Shown piece by piece: positions 36,814 to 45,698 of a DNA stretch of 64,000 nt (positions are counted from its first letter, which is position 1; each line of letters begins with the position of its first letter). The translations under genes and the position numbers were made by a program. The stretch is taken from positions 1 to 64,000 of IMG/VR virus record IMGVR_UViG_3300020473_001965; one strand, 5' to 3'. The notes under the pieces were generated by a model that made no database searches, had not been told where the DNA came from, and worked only from the letters and a program-made list of their open reading frames with translations.

Positions 36814-36890
36814 TGGCACGCCCGATAGGATTCGAACCTATGACCCTCGGCTTAGAAGGCCGATGCTCTATCCAGCTGAGCTACGGGCGC
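36814..36890 (-). tRNA. tRNA-Arg(UCU)
   Basis: Cloverleaf, loop TTTCTAA-type with anticodon TCT, CCA. Confidence 0.95.
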
Positions 36891-36895
36891 TTAGT

Positions 36896-37114
36896 TCATG
36901 TCGTAAATTCGTCTTCGATCCAGTCGTCGTCGTCTTCGTCATCGGCAACGTCTTCGTCCCAAACCATCGGCTCTTCGTCAGCTGACTCGCCCAATCCGTT
37001 CTGTCTGTTCTTCTCATCAATGACACCAGTCAACAAAATGATCTGGCCTTCGTCGTCGTAGACTATATCCCAGTGAAGCTCGCGAGCCATTTCTTCAATA
37101 TCGCTGATCGTCAT
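36896..37114 (-). CDS. Acidic hypothetical protein
   Basis: ATGA coupling; D/E-rich tail. Confidence 0.6.
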   Translation of the reverse strand: MTISDIEEMARELHWDIVYDDEGQIILLTGVIDEKNRQNGLGESADEEPMVWDEDVADDEDDDDWIEDEFTT

Positions 37115-37326
37115 TCTGTCACCGACATCGGAGTATCTGTCTTCTTCACAGTCTTTATCAAGCCCTCAAGCAACCCAGCAACCTCACCTCTCTGAGCACG
37201 AAGCGTATAACTCCTCCCAAACCGAATGATAATGTCCTGAGTAGCCTTGCACTCCTCGACTGAGACTCTTTCTGTACCCGCGTCAGTAGCCACTGACATT
37301 TGCTTAAGCAGCTTGTTGTATGTCAT
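37111..37326 (-). CDS. Hypothetical protein
   Basis: GGAGG RBS after promoter 37335-37373. Confidence 0.6.
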   Translation of the reverse strand: MTYNKLLKQMSVATDAGTERVSVEECKATQDIIIRFGRSYTLRAQRGEVAGLLEGLIKTVKKTDTPMSVTE

Positions 37327-37334
37327 TTCCTGCC

Positions 37335-37373
37335 TCCACCTCTATTCTACCGTGCGTTTCTTCCGTTTTACAC
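37335..37373 (-). promoter_or_regulatory. Repeated early promoter (variant)
   Basis: GTGTAA-N17-TAGAAT. Confidence 0.65.
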
Positions 37374-37533
37374 GACATAAAACTTTTTTTGCTTTAACAG
37401 CGCACATCTTAACTTGCAGCTGCAAAGCTCCGAGGACCACAGCGCCTGCAACGATAGCCGTCATATAGAACGGTACCGTCCGCTGCTCCTTCCCTGTTTC
37501 TCTTCTTTCCCATGGTTCTGACATAGATTCATT

Positions 37534-37583
37534 GCCCCGAAAGGGCCGCCCGGCTCACCAAGGAAGAGGTGACCCACCGGGCG
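37534..37583 (-). other. 3'-UTR double hairpin whose loop and arm are antisense to the shared early-gene leader
   Basis: CGCCCGG..TCACC-TCTTCCTT-GGTGA..CCGGGCG; 37554-37568 is the exact reverse complement of 32107-32121. Confidence 0.7.
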
Positions 37584-37595
37584 ACAAGAGCGTCA

Positions 37596-38345
37596 TTAGC
37601 CGACGCTCACTCGGGCCACCTCCTGAAAACCTGTTGCGCGCAAGTTGAGGTAGAAGATGTGACCGGCACCGCCGAAGCGATTCTTCTCGGTCGTCAGAAC
37701 ACGACACCCGAAGAGGTCCTGGTCCTTGCGCTCCACGTCCAGCGCGAGCTTTGCATCTACCATGTGCTTGAGCTTGTTGCTACCAGCCATCTGGCCGCCC
37801 TTCGTCACCTGACCGATGATGATGGCATTGACCATGTGGGCCTTGCAGTAGTCTGTAATCATCTGAAGAGCGCGCTCAGCAGTCGCGGTCGTGATTCGAC
37901 CGGTGTTGAACTTACCGTCCTCCATGCACTGCAGCGAGTCCACGATCAGGACGAAGTCCTTACCCGGGTTTGCAGCACGAACCGCGTCGCAGTTCGCCAG
38001 TAGCTGGGGAACGTTTGTCTCCTGCCCTGCCACGAAACCGCTCCGCAGCTTCAGCCGCTCTGCAGTCATCCGTACTTGGTACAACGACTCCTCAGCTGTG
38101 TTGAACATTGCAACAGCTCCCTTGCGGGTCAAGCTGTTAGCCAGCGTGAGCATCATAGTCGTCTTACCCGAACCAGGGGTACCGGTGAAAAGATAGACAG
38201 CCGAAGGAGTAAGTCCCTCGCCGCCAAGAGCGTCGTCAAAGAATTTGACACCGGTTGGGATTCTCCGCCGCAGTGCGTCGGGCACCTCGATCTCGAGGAT
38301 GTTGGTTCCAACTTTGATTCCATTGTCGCGTACGTTGAGCTTCAT
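37596..38345 (-). CDS. RadA/Sms-like RecA-fold ATPase (core only)
   Basis: GTPGSGKTT, IVDSLQ, KHMVDA, KNRFG signature; no Zn-finger or Lon domain. Confidence 0.85.
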   Translation of the reverse strand: MKLNVRDNGIKVGTNILEIEVPDALRRRIPTGVKFFDDALGGEGLTPSAVYLFTGTPGSGKTTMMLTLANSLTRKGAVAMFNTAEESLYQVRMTAERLKLRSGFVAGQETNVPQLLANCDAVRAANPGKDFVLIVDSLQCMEDGKFNTGRITTATAERALQMITDYCKAHMVNAIIIGQVTKGGQMAGSNKLKHMVDAKLALDVERKDQDLFGCRVLTTEKNRFGGAGHIFYLNLRATGFQEVARVSVG

Positions 38346-38388
38346 TTTTGATTTCCTTGGTGAGGAGTTGTTAAGCGTAAGTGTTATT

Positions 38389-38429
38389 CCTTACTATCTA
38401 ATAATACCATGTGCAGCCGGGCTTTACAC
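38389..38429 (-). promoter_or_regulatory. Repeated early promoter
   Basis: 41-bp family copy. Confidence 0.8.
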
Positions 38430-38695
38430 TAATTATGCGCGTACCCTGAAGTAAGACTATAAACTGCTGCTGTTCGCTGCAACTTTTCGATGGCTTCAGC
38501 CTTGTCGACTTCTGCTGTGATCTTGACTTCCTGAGGGAGCTCTTCGAAGAGAGTGTTCCCATCGAGCTCTACAGTTGCGCGCTCGACCAGCTCCTGGACA
38601 GAGCTCGTGATCACAAGATTTGCGGCAAACAGCTCGGCTCGTACCTTCGACTGCTCAAAAGGAGTAAGCTTTTCGATCTCTGTAATCTCGCTCAT
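38429..38695 (-). CDS. Hypothetical protein
   Basis: Start at MSEITE. Confidence 0.55.
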   Translation of the reverse strand: MSEITEIEKLTPFEQSKVRAELFAANLVITSSVQELVERATVELDGNTLFEELPQEVKITAEVDKAEAIEKLQRTAAVYSLTSGYAHN

Positions 38696-38973
38696 CCGAA
38701 CACCGCGTTGAAAGCACCAATAAAGATCCATGAGTAGATAACCCACAGCAAACTGATGACAAGCATAAAGCCGCCAATGTAAGCACATGCCATCATCATG
38801 GCAGTGTCGATTCCCCAGTTAACCCAATCTTTCATTGTTTCTCTCCATCTCCGATCAAAAGGTTGGCAAAGAGCTTGAAGCCCTCACCACAAAAGTAAAT
38901 GAATATCCAAGAGGCGAAAGTCAGCGCCCACATAATAAGAAATACCTTGAAAACGAACTCCATTGCCGCCTCT

Positions 38974-39014
38974 CCTTACTTTCTTATTCTACCACAACTA
39001 CGGGTGCGTTACAC
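38974..39014 (-). promoter_or_regulatory. Repeated early promoter
   Basis: 41-bp family copy. Confidence 0.8.
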
Positions 39015-39324
39015 GAAGTTTCGCATCATCAAACTCAAGGACACGCCCTGCTTTCTCTTCGAAGTCACTTAGCTTGCTAATGCGTCTACTGAGAACATCA
39101 CAAAGCTGGATGCAATCGACTTCCCACTCACCCTCTTCCCCTGCGTCGTCCAGAGGTACCGCTACCTCCATTGTCCGTGCTTGCCCAGCGATAGCTCCCT
39201 CTCGGAAACGATCGAGTACTTCAAGTACAAGACCTGTCGTCTTCACGTCACCGCGATCTAGGAACGTAATAGTATCGCCCGCTTCAATGAACGGGCTCCT
39301 ACCAAAGTCTGGTTTGATCAGCAT
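38998..39324 (-). CDS. KOW/SH3-like hypothetical protein
   Basis: IEAGDTITF..GLVLEV. Confidence 0.6.
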   Translation of the reverse strand: MLIKPDFGRSPFIEAGDTITFLDRGDVKTTGLVLEVLDRFREGAIAGQARTMEVAVPLDDAGEEGEWEVDCIQLCDVLSRRISKLSDFEEKAGRVLEFDDAKLRVTHP

Positions 39325-39331
39325 GTCACCC

Positions 39332-39697
39332 CTACCAGTTGATTGGGTCGTTGCTAGGGCGACCCCAAACGTCTACTTTCTGCGTCTCCGAACGATTGGC
39401 TTTTTTCTGTGCCTCACGTGCTTCGACACCTGCATCGAACATGTCCTTCTCGCTTTGGGTGTCCAGCGCACCTTCAATGAAGAAACTGAAGGTGTCGTCC
39501 TTCGACCAGTCATTGTCGAACGCAAGACCGTAGCCGATAAGCTGGACAGTTTCAGGACAGCACTCCGCGGGTGCGTCAAACTCCTGCACTGAGTAGTTCA
39601 GGTCGCCATCAAAGCCTTCCTGCTCTACATAATCCATCAGGTCTTCGATTCCCTCGAAGTCGTCCATGCTACCAATGATAAAAGTATAGGTCTTCAT
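39332..39697 (-). CDS. Acidic hypothetical protein
   Basis: GGAGG RBS. Confidence 0.65.
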   Translation of the reverse strand: MKTYTFIIGSMDDFEGIEDLMDYVEQEGFDGDLNYSVQEFDAPAECCPETVQLIGYGLAFDNDWSKDDTFSFFIEGALDTQSEKDMFDAGVEAREAQKKANRSETQKVDVWGRPSNDPINW

Positions 39698-39698
39698 T

Positions 39699-39878
39699 CT
39701 ATTTGCCCTCCGCTTGCAAGCGCTTCTTGTATCCCTGTGCCTCGCTCCGGCTCAGACCGCTTACCACCGGCCGAATGAACGGGTCACAGATTGGGCTACG
39801 CATCCCCTTGACGTCTGAAGAGCGAAACACCGCCCAGCTGTAAGAGTCATCTCCCATAAACTTCTTGATTGTGTACAT
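39699..39878 (-). CDS. 59-aa hypothetical protein (not in ORF track)
   Basis: MYTIKKFMGDDSYSWAVF...; AAGGAGG RBS after promoter. Confidence 0.65.
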   Translation of the reverse strand: MYTIKKFMGDDSYSWAVFRSSDVKGMRSPICDPFIRPVVSGLSRSEAQGYKKRLQAEGK

Positions 39879-39890
39879 TGTGTACCTCCT

Positions 39891-39931
39891 TGGTTCTATC
39901 TAATAATACCACGCTGCGATGCGTTTTACAC
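39891..39931 (-). promoter_or_regulatory. Repeated early promoter
   Basis: 41-bp family copy. Confidence 0.75.
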
Positions 39932-40341
39932 TAAAGCACGGGCGTGTGATTGGGGTCGTCGGTCACCAGGTCTACAGCTGCCTTGTATCGGGCGTGGTCA
40001 TATCCTTGTGTGTCGATAAGCAGCCTATCTCCCATCTGATGGTCCGGACCGTCGAAGCACTTTACGATAAACTTCGTGGGGTCACCCGCCATCTTACGAG
40101 CGTGAAAGAGCATCGCGAGGTCTTCGAACTCAGGCAGCCAAAAGACCAGCTCGCGGAACTCTGAGTACGGCACAAGCAGCTCCACAGGGACCAGCTCCAC
40201 CTCCTTACCCGGCAGTCCGCATCTCCGCAGAACCTCCGTGATTGTCGGGTACTGCTCTTCATCTGCTTCGACACACAGACACATGTTCTCATCAAACATC
40301 GTGTGCTTCTTCCGATATCCCGCGTGTTCTACTACAAACAT
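39931..40341 (-). CDS. Hypothetical protein
   Basis: TAATG coupling; DTQGYDHARY motif. Confidence 0.6.
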   Translation of the reverse strand: MFVVEHAGYRKKHTMFDENMCLCVEADEEQYPTITEVLRRCGLPGKEVELVPVELLVPYSEFRELVFWLPEFEDLAMLFHARKMAGDPTKFIVKCFDGPDHQMGDRLLIDTQGYDHARYKAAVDLVTDDPNHTPVL

Positions 40342-40739
40342 TATTCTTCCTCGTCTTCCCATGGCATTCTAAGGTCTACGCCAGGCATAGAGATCACTTG
40401 ATTGCCTACTTGAATGGTAACTCGTTCTCCACCGCCGAGTGTCTCCAGGACAATCCCAAAGCTCCCAGTGGTCACTCCGCGGGCATTCCATGGTACCCGC
40501 TTGATCTCGACTAAGTCCCCTTCTTGATAAGGGAACGTCCGAACTTTTCGAGGCCCCTGCATGCGTGCGTATGCCTTCGCGCTCCGCCGCTGCGATCGCC
40601 GCTCTTTAGCTGCCGCCGGGTCGTAGCCCTCAGTCATCTCGAGCTTCCGCTCGGTGACCTCAATCTCACCCTCAGCCTCTAGAGCTTTTTTCTGTGCCTT
40701 GATGGTTCTGAGTAGATTGCGAGGAATCTTGGGTGCCAC
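40341..40739 (-). CDS. Basic protein with C-terminal KOW-like domain
   Basis: YQEGDLVEIK..GIVLE. Confidence 0.65.
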   Translation of the reverse strand: MAPKIPRNLLRTIKAQKKALEAEGEIEVTERKLEMTEGYDPAAAKERRSQRRSAKAYARMQGPRKVRTFPYQEGDLVEIKRVPWNARGVTTGSFGIVLETLGGGERVTIQVGNQVISMPGVDLRMPWEDEEE

Positions 40740-40748
40740 TGGGTACCT

Positions 40749-40789
40749 CCTTACTTTCTTATTCTACCATGCTCCCACGTATCTTACAC
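40749..40789 (-). promoter_or_regulatory. Repeated early promoter
   Basis: 41-bp family copy. Confidence 0.8.
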
Positions 40790-41365
40790 GGAACCCGTGT
40801 GTATCATTGAGCGAACGGCAGTCCAGAACTCGATCTCATTAGTATGGTGACTCAGCTGCCTTCTCGAGTCATTCACTGATGTCCTCGATCGTTCGTCTAG
40901 CTTCTGAAGACAGGGCTCGAGCATTTCGTTGCCCGGCCCATAGACAAGCTTTACCCTGACATCCCCCGGCCGGGTGAGACGATGAAGATTGGTCAGCCAC
41001 TGAAAGAGGTAGTACGACACAGTCCTCGCTTCTTCTATGTTTGCAGCCGGAATGTAACCAGCAGGGGTATACCCAATAGTCACCTCATAGACTCCGCTTC
41101 CGCCCTCTTCTGACCGCTGGGTCACTAGAGGTTCTAGGGTGGACCATATCCTCTTTGCAGCTGTCCTCAACTCCTCGCGATCATCATCCGGCAAAGACCA
41201 TTGACTCAGTAGTCCAGACCCTTCAGGCCGGTGCTGCCAGACTTCTGTAAACAGCCCAGTCTCCACGTCATAGGCGTTTCTCAAATTGCTATCCCAAGCT
41301 TCGTCGACTGTAGGGGCGTATGTGATGTCCTCAAGCATTGTCTTGAGCAAGGACACTAGACCCAC
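40784..41365 (-). CDS. Hypothetical protein, paralogue of 44186-44923
   Basis: GVYEVTIGY..YIPAANIEEA. Confidence 0.65.
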   Translation of the reverse strand: MGLVSLLKTMLEDITYAPTVDEAWDSNLRNAYDVETGLFTEVWQHRPEGSGLLSQWSLPDDDREELRTAAKRIWSTLEPLVTQRSEEGGSGVYEVTIGYTPAGYIPAANIEEARTVSYYLFQWLTNLHRLTRPGDVRVKLVYGPGNEMLEPCLQKLDERSRTSVNDSRRQLSHHTNEIEFWTAVRSMIHTGSV

Positions 41366-41562
41366 CTGTCTAGTCGAGTAGAGTGCTCGAGCTTAGTTTC
41401 CTCTTCCTCTTCAACCTCAACCGGTGTTGGCTCCAGGTATGGGTCTAGACTATCGCCCCTGATCCACATCCCAAACTGAGCACCCCACGTCGGATGAAGG
41501 CTGATAGCAATGAGGAAGCCCCAGACTCCGAATCCGATGATAGTGAATAGCGCTTCAACCAT
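41356..41562 (-). CDS. Small membrane protein
   Basis: N-terminal TM; TAATG coupling. Confidence 0.6.
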   Translation of the reverse strand: MVEALFTIIGFGVWGFLIAISLHPTWGAQFGMWIRGDSLDPYLEPTPVEVEEEEETKLEHSTRLDRWV

Positions 41563-42905
41563 TACGCCGCCTCCTTGCTTGCATTGCCCTTCAGCTCCAC
41601 GACTGTGTCACCGCGGTGTGCGTCGAAGTACAGCTTGCGTCCCGGGACGATCACCCATGCCCGACGCATGCGGGAGGGACCAGGGTCGGCAGCCTCCCCG
41701 TCGGTGCAGACGATGTAGCCATCGAAGCGGTGACGGTTCTCTTCAGCGTGCCGAGCAACTGCCCTGAAGCACGTGCCGCCGCAGCGGAAGCGGTTGAGCT
41801 TCGAGCGCGAGCCCTTCTTCCAGACGATCTCATTGTCGGTGTCAACCGTGCTGTCGAATGGGTAGAAGGTGAACGTTACCTTGCGTGCCAGCTGCTCCAG
41901 CTCTGCGTAGAGCAGTGCCAGCGACTCATCATCAACCGAGCCACTCTGATCGACGTAGACTGCCACGTTGGCGCTGTGACCAATCTTGCGGCCGCTGTGG
42001 ATGTAGGGGTACTTGCGGTTGAGACGCTTCATGGTGCGGCTCTTGTTAGCGCGCTGACTCATGCCAACGAAGTTACGAAGGACTGCGCGCCAGTCAACCT
42101 CATTCGAGCACATCCGACGGAGCTCGCTCCGCATCTCAGCGGGCACCGAGCCCCACTGGCCCTTGCTGTCACACTTCTTGACTGCGTTCTTGAGGGCTTG
42201 CTTGACCTTGCCCTTGACGAGCTCCTTCTCAGCGTCGGTAGCACCCTCGCCCCACTCACCGTGGTCGTCCATGGTACCGGGAACGCCGTCTCCCTCTCCG
42301 GGCTGGCCGCCTTGGCCGTCGCCACCAGTGAGATCGTCCTTCATCTGCTCGTCATCCATCAGCTGGCCGAAGTACCACTCCGCGCTCATGTTCGGCGGGA
42401 AGCTTTCAATCTTTGCCGAGATGCGATCGAAGCGTGCCTTGGCCTGCTCATCGAGCTTGGCGTACGCATCCGGATCGATGTGGATGGCCTGGCCAGGAAT
42501 GAGACCACCCTTGGGAAGCTCCTCCACTGGGATGATCGAGTTGATCGCGAGGTCGGTCGCGTAGTTGTGAACGATGTGCGGGGTCTTCTTGCGGCTAGTC
42601 GTGTGCTCGAAGACCAGGTGGTACACCTCGTGCTTGAGAAGTCCCTTTACTTCTTTGTTGCTCAGCGAGGCGAGGAAGCGGCGGTTCCACCACATCTTGA
42701 TATCACCGTCCTTGGCGAGCACGCCGGCGGTCGGGATCGAGTCCGTCTCCACCTTGGTGACGTCACGAAGCATGGCCGAGAAAAAGGGCTCATCCCACAT
42801 CAACGCTGTGAGGTGGTTGCCAAGGTCGAAAGCAGCGAGCTCCGCGTCGGTCAGCTCTGCGCCTGGTGCCACTGGGATGTCGGTCGAGGTAGTGTTGTCA
42901 GCCAT
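41562..42905 (-). CDS. DUF2201-type metallopeptidase-VWA protein
   Basis: HEVYH, NYATDLAIN, DQSGS MIDAS, GGT, TDG. Confidence 0.88.
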   Translation of the reverse strand: MADNTTSTDIPVAPGAELTDAELAAFDLGNHLTALMWDEPFFSAMLRDVTKVETDSIPTAGVLAKDGDIKMWWNRRFLASLSNKEVKGLLKHEVYHLVFEHTTSRKKTPHIVHNYATDLAINSIIPVEELPKGGLIPGQAIHIDPDAYAKLDEQAKARFDRISAKIESFPPNMSAEWYFGQLMDDEQMKDDLTGGDGQGGQPGEGDGVPGTMDDHGEWGEGATDAEKELVKGKVKQALKNAVKKCDSKGQWGSVPAEMRSELRRMCSNEVDWRAVLRNFVGMSQRANKSRTMKRLNRKYPYIHSGRKIGHSANVAVYVDQSGSVDDESLALLYAELEQLARKVTFTFYPFDSTVDTDNEIVWKKGSRSKLNRFRCGGTCFRAVARHAEENRHRFDGYIVCTDGEAADPGPSRMRRAWVIVPGRKLYFDAHRGDTVVELKGNASKEAA

Positions 42906-42914
42906 TTGTTATCT

Positions 42915-42955
42915 CCTTACTATCTAATAATATCACGCTGCGCCGAATCTTACAC
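42915..42955 (-). promoter_or_regulatory. Repeated early promoter
   Basis: 41-bp family copy. Confidence 0.85.
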
Positions 42956-43016
42956 CAAAGCGCGCCAGCTCCACCACAGAGCTGACGCTTTGGCACACCC
43001 TCTAGCGAGGACTGAA

Positions 43017-44045
43017 TCATGAACGGCTAGCCTGAACGGCCTCGACGACCTTCTTACCGATGAGCTTGTGAAGCTTCTGGATGTTCTTCAGGTTGGAAGT
43101 ACCAGACACCTGGTTCCAGAGGTGAACGAGCATCTCGGAGCTAGGAAGAGCGTTGGCGAACGCGGCCACGTTGGCAGCCTGGCTGGCCTTCCACTCGTTG
43201 TCCTTGCAGTGAGCTGCGAGCTTGCCGATCAGGCCGTTGACCTTGGAGGCCTCGAAGCCCTTGATCTGCTCCGCCACTGCCTCGAAGTTGTCGAGCACGT
43301 CCTCAGCGGACACCTCGTTCTCCCAGTTCTTGGCGAACTCCACCAGCGAGATGGCAGCTTCAACACCGACCATACCCAGAGCGACCGGGTACCACACGTC
43401 GGAAGGCTGCTCCACCTCACCCATGTGCTTGAGGCTCAAGTCAAGGCGTTCCCACGAAGCGGGGTTCGGGGCGACCTTGCCAGGCTCCGTCGCTGCGGTA
43501 GGACGAAGGTGCTCCTCGTGCTGACGAATGAAGTCGACGATGACAGGGGCCAGACGACCCTCAGCCCAGTCGAGGAAGTCAGCGTGAGTCGGCTCCAACT
43601 CAATGCTCCAGAAACGACGGAGAAGAGCAGGGTCCATCTCGTTGACCTCGTACTCGGCACCAACGTTGACCGCCGCGAAGACGCGGGTGTCAGGGTGCAG
43701 CTTGTGACCGTTGAGCTCCCGGTCCAGGACGATCTGGAACGCAGCCTGAATGACCTCGGGGGTCGCACGGTTGAGCTCGTCCATGAAGAGGACGACTGGC
43801 TCACGGCAAGCTTGAGCGTACCAGTCTGGCGGGCAGAAGCGAGTGGTACCATCGACCAGCTCGGGGAGACCAACCATGTCACCTTCGCTCATTTGCGACA
43901 GGCGGCGGTCGATCACCGGCAGCTCCAACCCGGCTGCGATATCCTTGACGAGGTACGACTTACCGATACCGGTAGGACCTTGAATGAGGACCGCAATCTC
44001 TGCGGGGAGGCGAGGGGCGATGTTGTTGAAAGTCTTGATGTCCAT
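43017..44045 (-). CDS. MoxR-type AAA+ ATPase
   Basis: GPTGIGKS, LFMDELNRA, MDPALLRRF, PNPASWE. Confidence 0.9.
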   Translation of the reverse strand: MDIKTFNNIAPRLPAEIAVLIQGPTGIGKSYLVKDIAAGLELPVIDRRLSQMSEGDMVGLPELVDGTTRFCPPDWYAQACREPVVLFMDELNRATPEVIQAAFQIVLDRELNGHKLHPDTRVFAAVNVGAEYEVNEMDPALLRRFWSIELEPTHADFLDWAEGRLAPVIVDFIRQHEEHLRPTAATEPGKVAPNPASWERLDLSLKHMGEVEQPSDVWYPVALGMVGVEAAISLVEFAKNWENEVSAEDVLDNFEAVAEQIKGFEASKVNGLIGKLAAHCKDNEWKASQAANVAAFANALPSSEMLVHLWNQVSGTSNLKNIQKLHKLIGKKVVEAVQASRS

Positions 44046-44082
44046 GCTAGTTTCCTTGGTTAGAGGGGGTGTGTTTTTGTTT

Positions 44083-44123
44083 CCTTACTATCTAATAATA
44101 TCACGTCGCGACGGGTCTTACAC
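44083..44123 (-). promoter_or_regulatory. Repeated early promoter
   Basis: 41-bp family copy. Confidence 0.85.
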
Positions 44124-44185
44124 CGTTTTCACCGCTTATTAGTAAGTATTCTGTTCAACGGTGAAACTCTGCGGTGGAGCTGCCG

Positions 44186-44923
44186 CTAGGCAGCGTCCTC
44201 TTCGTCGTTCTCGAGAATGCCCATCGTCATCGCGAGGGCGAGGCACGCCTCTTCCTTCTCACGCCGGAGGTTCGCGAGCTTCGACTCATGACGCTCGATC
44301 TCGTCTTGGATTCGCTGGTCGTAGCGATCGGCGCCGCTGTTGCTCTGAAGTCGCTCAGCATTCGCGATCGTCGGGTAGGTCTCCCAGCTGATGCGCATGC
44401 GATCCGGGTCTAGACCCAGCGGGCCGACGAGCATCGCGCTCGCGAGCTGCTCTGCTTCTGCGACGTTCTTTGCCGGAATGTACGCGATGGTACGGTACCC
44501 GCAGCTGATCTCGTAGAGACCGATGACAGTGTCTTCATGACGATGCTGATAGTTGCGCATGTACCTCACGCGGTTGTACACGCGGTCGTCGAGGCGGTTC
44601 TCGCGGCGGACCTTAGCCTTGTACGAGCTCTTCTTGCCTTTGCGGCGCTCCAGCTCATCCGCGTGCCAATCCACCGCATCACTCGAGTTCACGAAGCCAA
44701 GGGCGTGGATCTGATCGAACGTGTAGCCCCAAAGCTGACAGTCGTCATTCTCGTTGACGTACTTGTCGCGGTACTTGTTGTACCGGTCGCACCAGACTTC
44801 TTTTCGGACCACGCGCGGCGGTCCGTGCGGGCTCCTGCCCAGCGTGCCCTTCGGCTTCGCCTGCAACAGGTCGTCAATGATGGCGAATCGGGTCGCGCTC
44901 GGGGTCGGTACGAATGGCTTCAT
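44186..44923 (-). CDS. Hypothetical early protein
   Basis: AAGGAG RBS; GLYEISCGY..YIPAKNVAEA. Confidence 0.7.
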   Translation of the reverse strand: MKPFVPTPSATRFAIIDDLLQAKPKGTLGRSPHGPPRVVRKEVWCDRYNKYRDKYVNENDDCQLWGYTFDQIHALGFVNSSDAVDWHADELERRKGKKSSYKAKVRRENRLDDRVYNRVRYMRNYQHRHEDTVIGLYEISCGYRTIAYIPAKNVAEAEQLASAMLVGPLGLDPDRMRISWETYPTIANAERLQSNSGADRYDQRIQDEIERHESKLANLRREKEEACLALAMTMGILENDEEDAA

Positions 44924-44945
44924 ATGTCTGTTCTCCTTAGTGATT

Positions 44946-44986
44946 CCTTACTATCTAATAATACCATGCGCCGGCGGGCTTTACAC
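44946..44986 (-). promoter_or_regulatory. Repeated early promoter
   Basis: 41-bp family copy. Confidence 0.85.
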
Positions 44987-45002
44987 CAAACGCCGCTCCG
45001 CT

Positions 45003-45242
45003 TCAGCGGTGGCAACCGTCGTCACGCCAGACGATCGTCCCACGCTTCGTGTTCATGTAGTCACTGATCACCAGCAGCTCACCATCGGGGTGCGGGTGCG
45101 CGGCGACCACGCAGTAGTCGTACGCGTCCAGGACATATGTCTCGAAGGCATGCAGAGTCCTCGCCTTGTGGGCCAGTACCCGAAGCTCCGCCGCTGGGAT
45201 TCTCTGTCTCTTGCTGCTCATCACGTTCTCCTTTGTGCGCAT
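45003..45242 (-). CDS. Hypothetical protein
   Basis: AAGGAG RBS before MSSKR. Confidence 0.55.
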   Translation of the reverse strand: MRTKENVMSSKRQRIPAAELRVLAHKARTLHAFETYVLDAYDYCVVAAHPHPDGELLVISDYMNTKRGTIVWRDDGCHR

Positions 45243-45245
45243 TCT

Positions 45246-45698
45246 TTACGCTCCGTATCCGTACTCTTCTGCCTTCGCCTCGTAGATCTCCCACTGCTCC
45301 AGCTCATATCCACCATTTGGGCGCAAGCCCAATGCGACTTCCTCACGGTCCTGCCGCTCCTGCTCAGCCAGCCACGCCGCCTCGGCCTCCCACTGCTCCT
45401 TCGCAGTCTCCGCCATGCGCACGTTCGCAGCCCAGACCTCTTCGAGGGTCATGTCCTCGTGGGGCATGCGCTTGCAACCCCACACGTCCTTGTGCCACTC
45501 ACAGTACGCATCGCGAGCCGAGCTCAGCTCCAACTCATAGACATTGGCGTACTCTTCCGCCAGGTCTTCCGACATGTTGGTCCAGAAGTCCCAGCCCTCC
45601 GCCACTGCCTGCGCATCGCGCGCGGCGTTCTGCGCCCGGATGTAACCCAGGACGTCAGTGTTTCCGAGGAGGCCAAGTTCGCGGGTGGTGAGGGTCAT
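45246..45698 (-). CDS. Acidic, Trp-rich hypothetical protein; first gene of the early island
   Basis: GGAG RBS after promoter 45739. Confidence 0.7.
   Translation of the reverse strand: MTLTTRELGLLGNTDVLGYIRAQNAARDAQAVAEGWDFWTNMSEDLAEEYANVYELELSSARDAYCEWHKDVWGCKRMPHEDMTLEEVWAANVRMAETAKEQWEAEAAWLAEQERQDREEVALGLRPNGGYELEQWEIYEAKAEEYGYGA

Noticed and set aside
35729-37061. ORFs overlapping the tRNA cluster (35729, 35815, 36354, 36386, 36636)
   Set aside because: They are incidental translations of tRNA or ncRNA sequence.
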